DNA of 64,000 nucleotides from an uncultured Gammaproteobacteria bacterium (GTDB lineage: Bacteria; Patescibacteriota; Microgenomatia; UBA10105; UBA927), in NCBI GenBank assembly GCA_964349125.1, contig CAYGFH010000001.1, positions 69,408 through 133,407 on the forward strand, in the 5' to 3' direction. Under the pieces are notes generated by a model. That model saw only the letters and a program-made list of their open reading frames with translations, did not search any database and had not been told where the DNA came from. Below are positions 58,925 through 64,000 of the stretch, piece by piece. The position numbers were made by a program, and so were the translations under genes. The first letter of the stretch is position 1; each line of letters begins with the position of its first letter.

Positions 58925-60004
58925 TTAGTTTGAGGGCTTCATTTTAGTGCGAGCTGGGATAGTACGAGATGGTATAAATACCGATCTTGCCGAAGTGATC
59001 AGTCCAAATATAGTAAGGTAAAGGGCACCTATGGCTACCCTGCTCGCTGCAATTTCCAGGTCTAAGTATAAATTTATTGGTATAAGTAGCGTAAAAATTA
59101 TCGCCAGTGAAAATGAGTATGCTGACAATAGACTCTCAGCACTAATTTTTACACCCATTTTTCTAAAAATACGATCCAAAATAAACGGATTCACGGAACT
59201 TGCAAAAATAAAGATATCGCTAAATACAATAAATAAAATAATGTTGGTGTTCATGGCTACGGGGAGATAGAAGAATACGATATGCATATAGAGGCTGCTT
59301 AGTAGGCCGATGATAAATTTAATCCCTTGCGAATGAAGTATTCCGATGGATACCCAGAATATTGTCGGGATTATAAATATCAAAATATATAGTTGAAAAC
59401 TAGCATCAGCTAATAGGCTATCAATTTTTTCTGCTATAAAATTACGAAAATCAGCAATATTGCCCATCAAAAATTCTCTCGAATAAATATACTGCGTGGC
59501 CATAGGGTTGTACTCGGTCGATATTCCGACAGCATTTCCAACGCTTCCTTTTTGTGAGCGTATTTCAAACTGATATGTTTTTCCTTTTGAGTTAGGCACT
59601 ATGGGAAAACCAAACGGATACATGCCTCCATTTACGAACGCATTTGTGGTATAGGAATTGATTACATCCCATTCACTTTTTCCTTTTTCCTTCATGCGAA
59701 ATTGGATGGAATCCTCATTGAGCCTACCAAATGTTGTGAAACGAAACCGTACGGTACCTAAATTATCATGTAGCGCGATAAATTCCCCGCGGAGTACTGT
59801 CCCCGCAATCAATTGGGCTGAGTCTTTGGAATCACCTGAAAATACGCTCGCATCGTGGAATTCCGCAATGGTGGTGATGTAAGCTTCCTCATACCAATAT
59901 AGACCCAAAGTCACCGATACGATAAAAAAAACAAATATTGCGACGCGCGAAAAAAATACAGATTTTAGTATGTTCATAAATTTTTCTTTGTAGATTTCCA
60001 CCAT
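58925..60004 (-). CDS. Membrane protein (359 aa): N-terminal TM, ~170-aa external domain, C-terminal 4-5 TM bundle
   Basis: Hydropathy pattern only. Confidence 0.5.
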   Translation of the reverse strand: MVEIYKEKFMNILKSVFFSRVAIFVFFIVSVTLGLYWYEEAYITTIAEFHDASVFSGDSKDSAQLIAGTVLRGEFIALHDNLGTVRFRFTTFGRLNEDSIQFRMKEKGKSEWDVINSYTTNAFVNGGMYPFGFPIVPNSKGKTYQFEIRSQKGSVGNAVGISTEYNPMATQYIYSREFLMGNIADFRNFIAEKIDSLLADASFQLYILIFIIPTIFWVSIGILHSQGIKFIIGLLSSLYMHIVFFYLPVAMNTNIILFIVFSDIFIFASSVNPFILDRIFRKMGVKISAESLLSAYSFSLAIIFTLLIPINLYLDLEIAASRVAIGALYLTIFGLITSARSVFIPSRTIPARTKMKPSN

Positions 60005-62142
60005 GCATGGAGTATGTATGTGGTCATCAGAATATAGGTAAGTATACTTATCCCCCGACTCAGTACTACGTATCGTGTCGGGATGAATTGAACAGTTGCC
60101 ATGACAGGTTTTGAATCGGAACTGGGGGTAAAGTTGAGATCCCAGGAATTACCAAAACCATTCGCTCTCGTATGATTTGTAATTTTGATGCGGGGATCAT
60201 CGGAAAATAAGCGCCACAGATGACTATATACTTCTTTGAACACGAGCTTTCCTGAAACTGGTGGCATGGTAATTGTATATACCCCTTCCGTACCCCGGAT
60301 TGATGGTACAGCGAGTACAGACTCCTGGCCCGTATCGCTGGACGTGGATAGGGAAAAAGTGCTGGATAGGAAATCAGTATGAATGCGATATAGGTCGTAT
60401 CTCTTCCCAAACGAACGTATTTTTTCACCAAGTAAAGTTGATTCAAACTCTTTTGTCTGAAAATCCCTCTCTCCTATTTCGTTGAAATGCGCCATACCCC
60501 ATTTGGGAATCGTATCCCGGTTTACCAGGATATACCGAATGTTTAGCATCTGAAAAATCTTTATGATATCTTTGTAGCGCTTTTCACGAAATAACGTGAC
60601 CATTGTCTGATTTAACCCCGGATCATGGGCATTGGCAAAACTCAAAAAACCAGTTATATCCCCTTTATTTGTAAGCATCTGTATGGGTGATGTCCCGTAA
60701 TAATAATGTCCCGCATGTTTCCTATCTTCTATAACCACATAACTTGGGAAATTAAGCGGTAGCCACAGGTATCTCCCATCATCTTTTTCCTGTCTTAAGT
60801 ACCCCACCAAATCCTGAAAATCGGTATTAAATTCTCCCGACAGGCCATTTGATACTCTATCCTGATGCAGTGTTCTGTACAATCCAGAACCGCTTAGTGC
60901 GACAAACACAGTGAGACAGATAAGCAATACTCTATAGGACACTCGGTTAAGAACTCCCGAAAGGATAGACAGCGACATTGCTAGCCCAAATGCATATGCA
61001 AATCCGGTCACCGGACCGAACTTATCGTACATGTTGCGAAACATCGAGAAAAACGGGATAGTGTTATTGAGTGACACAAAAAGCTGGATGTTCCATACGC
61101 CAAAACTTGGTGTTACAAACAGTAGGGCAATGATGAGCATCGTGGATGCAATAAGGTATATTCGTTTTTTCGACACAGGTGCCTGTCCGATGAAGACACC
61201 CCCAAGGAGTACCAGTATGAAGTTGATGATTCCGTAACTTTGTGACCACATCATTGTATATCTCTCTGACCATGAGGACCGTAAGTACGACGCTATCTGA
61301 TGATACGGCGGATTTAATCGTGATAACGCCTGTATCATACCCACATTTTCGGAGACGATTTGCGTGGTAACCGCATGTCCCACAAACGAGCCGAGTGATT
61401 TATTAAACACGACAGAATACACGATATGGAATAACCAATGAATATTTAGAAGTGATATGGAGAAAAGTAGTATTCCTGAATACAGGAGTACCGTTTTTAT
61501 GGAAGTCGTTGCCACGTAGAGAAAAAGCGGTACGCACACGAATATCATGGCGCCAAACCACGGAACGGTCAGTATTGTCCCGCTAAATACAGAATACACA
61601 ATAGCAGCAGCAAATATCCGAAAGATTTTCTTTTGCTGCACGGCTGTTATGCACAGATACAGAAACAGAGGGATAACACTGACCAGATACATAGACAGCA
61701 ACTGGTGGACATAGACCGATTTAATTAAGAACGGTGAGTATATGTAGGCCAGTGAAGATATGATTTTGAGATACACATGTTCCCGGCCTTTTACCCAAAA
61801 TCCTAAAAATAGGTACATGCCCAAAAATCCAAACACCAGATTCAACGCAAAGAACAGATTCTGGGTATTTACAAAAGGAAGAAGAAATTTACCTAAAGAG
61901 AAAACAGCCAGCATCGGTATCCATACTTCTTGTGGGTTGTACGATGGAATGGATCCCAATGTATTGTTTGTCACGATATGTGAGGCATAATTGGCTATCA
62001 TTTCCAACGGATATGCATAGTACAAGCGGGTATCATCGCCTCCCAGCGAATAGGTATTTCCCATTGCACAGAGAGTGATTGCAATCAGTGCAACTGAAAC
62101 AGTAATTAATGCTACGATACCGCCACTATTGTGTTGTGCCAT
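59974..62142 (-). CDS. Polytopic membrane protein (722 aa), candidate GT-C-fold glycosyltransferase, with a C-terminal soluble domain
   Basis: ~12 TM. First external loop carries YSLGGDDTRLYYAYP, a DD motif after TM1 as in GT-C enzymes. A C-terminal ~230-aa non-membrane domain follows. Confidence 0.5.
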   Translation of the reverse strand: MAQHNSGGIVALITVSVALIAITLCAMGNTYSLGGDDTRLYYAYPLEMIANYASHIVTNNTLGSIPSYNPQEVWIPMLAVFSLGKFLLPFVNTQNLFFALNLVFGFLGMYLFLGFWVKGREHVYLKIISSLAYIYSPFLIKSVYVHQLLSMYLVSVIPLFLYLCITAVQQKKIFRIFAAAIVYSVFSGTILTVPWFGAMIFVCVPLFLYVATTSIKTVLLYSGILLFSISLLNIHWLFHIVYSVVFNKSLGSFVGHAVTTQIVSENVGMIQALSRLNPPYHQIASYLRSSWSERYTMMWSQSYGIINFILVLLGGVFIGQAPVSKKRIYLIASTMLIIALLFVTPSFGVWNIQLFVSLNNTIPFFSMFRNMYDKFGPVTGFAYAFGLAMSLSILSGVLNRVSYRVLLICLTVFVALSGSGLYRTLHQDRVSNGLSGEFNTDFQDLVGYLRQEKDDGRYLWLPLNFPSYVVIEDRKHAGHYYYGTSPIQMLTNKGDITGFLSFANAHDPGLNQTMVTLFREKRYKDIIKIFQMLNIRYILVNRDTIPKWGMAHFNEIGERDFQTKEFESTLLGEKIRSFGKRYDLYRIHTDFLSSTFSLSTSSDTGQESVLAVPSIRGTEGVYTITMPPVSGKLVFKEVYSHLWRLFSDDPRIKITNHTRANGFGNSWDLNFTPSSDSKPVMATVQFIPTRYVVLSRGISILTYILMTTYILHAWWKSTKKNL

Positions 62143-62171
62143 ATTGCTGGTATATGTGCCGCGTTCACACC

Positions 62172-63992
62172 CTACTTACTGACCCATATATCAAAATAGG
62201 TTGACCCGTACATAGTTTTCCATTCTTTTTGTCCGGAGTACGTATACGTTTGTTCCACTAGGTCCCTCAACTCCCCATCGTACGGAGGAACACCCGGATT
62301 GTATGGTTTCCAATACAGCATCAGATCAAATTTTTTCTGACGAATATGTTCTTCTACTTCAGAGATATATTTTCCATACTGAGCATTGGCCATGCTTGTT
62401 AACATGCTGGCTCGCTCAGGTGTGCTGATATGAAAATACTCAGTATGCCCATTATCATATACCACACCCCCGTTTGAATACACTATGTCAGCAAATGGAG
62501 GAGCATTAAAGATAGTGTTATGCTGAGATATAAATAGTTGCCATTGATGCCAATTGCTTCGAATACCACGGACATCTATAAAGTAGTTTGTCGATATACC
62601 CAGCAAAATACAGTTTAGGGAAAGAAGCGCTATTGCCGTATTCTGAAGCTTTTTTGAATGAACAGAAATTACCAGGTACAGAAACGGTGATATTAATTCA
62701 AAATAATAGGCTAGGAAATTTCCCGCGTTTCCACCAAGTTTCATGATAACCAGCGCAAGAGTTGCACCTAACATGTATATAAGAAACAGCGCATCTTTAC
62801 CCAGATGGTTCAATACTTCTTTTATGTTTCGAGAACGCGTATATATCCAAATACCCGATACTACCAGTGCCAGCAACAGCATAAACAGTGAGAAATTCTG
62901 AAACACATAGACTCGAAGCTGTAACATCTGGTGTGACCATGTGTATCCGATCTGCAGCAGAGTAACGAACACATTAAAAAAATAAAAATCATATGTGGCA
63001 TTCATGACAAATGCACTTCCGATAAAAAGCAGAGCGAAGCCAGCAGCGTATAGAATAGCGCGTAAAAATTTCAGGTTAAGCACCAGATACCCAAATACGA
63101 ACAGGAATCCGAATACAAAATATATTTTTGTATAGAATGCCGCCATAGAAGCAACAATACTTATACATAATGAGGCTGTCGAAAATCTTTTTATCCAGGG
63201 AAGTAACACAGCGACTAAAAACAGAACAAACCCCAAGGTATCTGGACGAGGACCATTGGTAAAAAAGTTCTGCGCAAAATGATGCAGCAGTATGGTCACT
63301 CCCAAAAGAGATATAGCCAAGTTTTGACTCCGCCGATAGGAAATGGCAAACAGCCAAGTTAGCCCGATTATGAGTATCCCGAATGCAACAGCCTTATGCA
63401 CCGTGTAAGAGGCGCCAAATATTTTTGCAAATGGCATAACCGCCACACTGTAGAATATGCCGTACGCATTCATAAAGTTTGGCATTGCTTCATGTGTGAA
63501 AATTGGCTTTCCTTCCATTAGTCTTTTTGTGGTAAGAATGAAGACGTCCTCCCGGTACTCCTGAGGCGCATTTAGAGATATTACAGTGATATAGTATCCA
63601 ACTGTCATTGCCAAAAAAATAAATCCGATGCCTAACCCTACTCGGTTCAATACCTGGGAGGGAGTCACTATCTTTGCCCAGGTCTCCGGAGTAATCCTAA
63701 CCGAAAATCGTATACGCATGATCGCTCTGAATAACTCAGGGACCAGACGAATCACTGAGAATATTCCCAGTAACAACATAGTCCAAACTGCATACGCATC
63801 GGACATACTTCCTCCGCCAGTTACTACATACGATAGGGTAAACAATACTCCTGTCATCAACGCTGCAACATATCCCATCGACACAGATGACCGTTGCAAC
63901 AGGATACCGGTGATTAACGCACCTATACCAAACGCATATATTCGTGTCGTAGGCGGCATCCACCCTGTGGCATCAGTCACAACACATAGCAC
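62172..63992 (-). CDS. Polytopic membrane protein (at least 606 aa), uncharacterised, with a C-terminal soluble domain; may begin beyond the window end
   Basis: ~13 TM then a ~170-aa C-terminal domain. The ORF reaches within 8 nt of the window edge. Confidence 0.5.
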   Translation of the reverse strand: MLCVVTDATGWMPPTTRIYAFGIGALITGILLQRSSVSMGYVAALMTGVLFTLSYVVTGGGSMSDAYAVWTMLLLGIFSVIRLVPELFRAIMRIRFSVRITPETWAKIVTPSQVLNRVGLGIGFIFLAMTVGYYITVISLNAPQEYREDVFILTTKRLMEGKPIFTHEAMPNFMNAYGIFYSVAVMPFAKIFGASYTVHKAVAFGILIIGLTWLFAISYRRSQNLAISLLGVTILLHHFAQNFFTNGPRPDTLGFVLFLVAVLLPWIKRFSTASLCISIVASMAAFYTKIYFVFGFLFVFGYLVLNLKFLRAILYAAGFALLFIGSAFVMNATYDFYFFNVFVTLLQIGYTWSHQMLQLRVYVFQNFSLFMLLLALVVSGIWIYTRSRNIKEVLNHLGKDALFLIYMLGATLALVIMKLGGNAGNFLAYYFELISPFLYLVISVHSKKLQNTAIALLSLNCILLGISTNYFIDVRGIRSNWHQWQLFISQHNTIFNAPPFADIVYSNGGVVYDNGHTEYFHISTPERASMLTSMANAQYGKYISEVEEHIRQKKFDLMLYWKPYNPGVPPYDGELRDLVEQTYTYSGQKEWKTMYGSTYFDIWVSK

Positions 63993-64000
63993 GAATAGTA

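Noticed and set aside
1-64000. CRISPR arrays, IS elements, integrases, prophage blocks
   Set aside because: No regularly spaced direct repeats, transposase or recombinase ORFs were found. The DUF360 holin-family gene is a lone housekeeping-type membrane protein.

Overview
The window is 64 kb from a bacterial chromosome, about 95% coding, and nearly every gene is on the minus strand. The gene content suggests a Gram-positive-like or CPR/Saccharibacteria-like lineage, with a homodimeric GlyRS, FemAB, and a division/cell-wall (dcw) cluster that is unusually large and contains truncated MurE/MurF; this placement is inference only. The window falls into three blocks.

Block 1 (1-10.4 kb): the start of a SEDS (RodA/FtsW-family) gene, and ileS preceded by what looks like a T-box riboswitch leader. 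These are followed by poorly characterised genes. They include a secreted collagen-repeat protein, a SAM-methyltransferase broken by a 1-nt homopolymer frameshift, and several hypotheticals.

Block 2 (10.1-35.3 kb): one collinear division/cell-wall (dcw) cluster on the minus strand, about 25 kb and 27 genes. Gene order is mraZ-rsmH-ftsL-ftsI-murE-pgeF-murC-murB-murA-glmU-like-hydrolase-murF-degT-MBL-holin-like-femAB-dgkA-mraY-murI-murD-ftsW-murG-ftsQ-ftsA-ftsZ-small ORF. The mraZ promoter carries an array of four TGGN direct repeats at exactly 10-bp spacing, consistent with a MraZ operator. MurE and MurF both lack the canonical N-terminal domain.

Block 3 (35.5-64 kb): glyQS, recO and a large membrane-anchored protein, then a glycan-assembly locus of about 23 kb. 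It encodes an initiating phosphoglycosyltransferase, a sugar-1-phosphate nucleotidyltransferase, four GT4 enzymes plus a truncated GT4, two GT2 enzymes, an LbH acetyltransferase, GalE and a UDP-xylose synthase. It also encodes a PMT/ArnT-like GT-C enzyme, a 1077-aa protein fusing a Wzy_C/O-antigen-ligase domain to a second polytopic domain, and four further large polytopic membrane proteins.

No rRNA, tRNA, CRISPR array, transposase or integrase was seen.

The regions most likely to hold undescribed biology are the membrane-protein-rich glycan locus, the unknown cassette at 3.8-6.6 kb, and the small ORF downstream of ftsZ. Sequence alone cannot confirm any of them.
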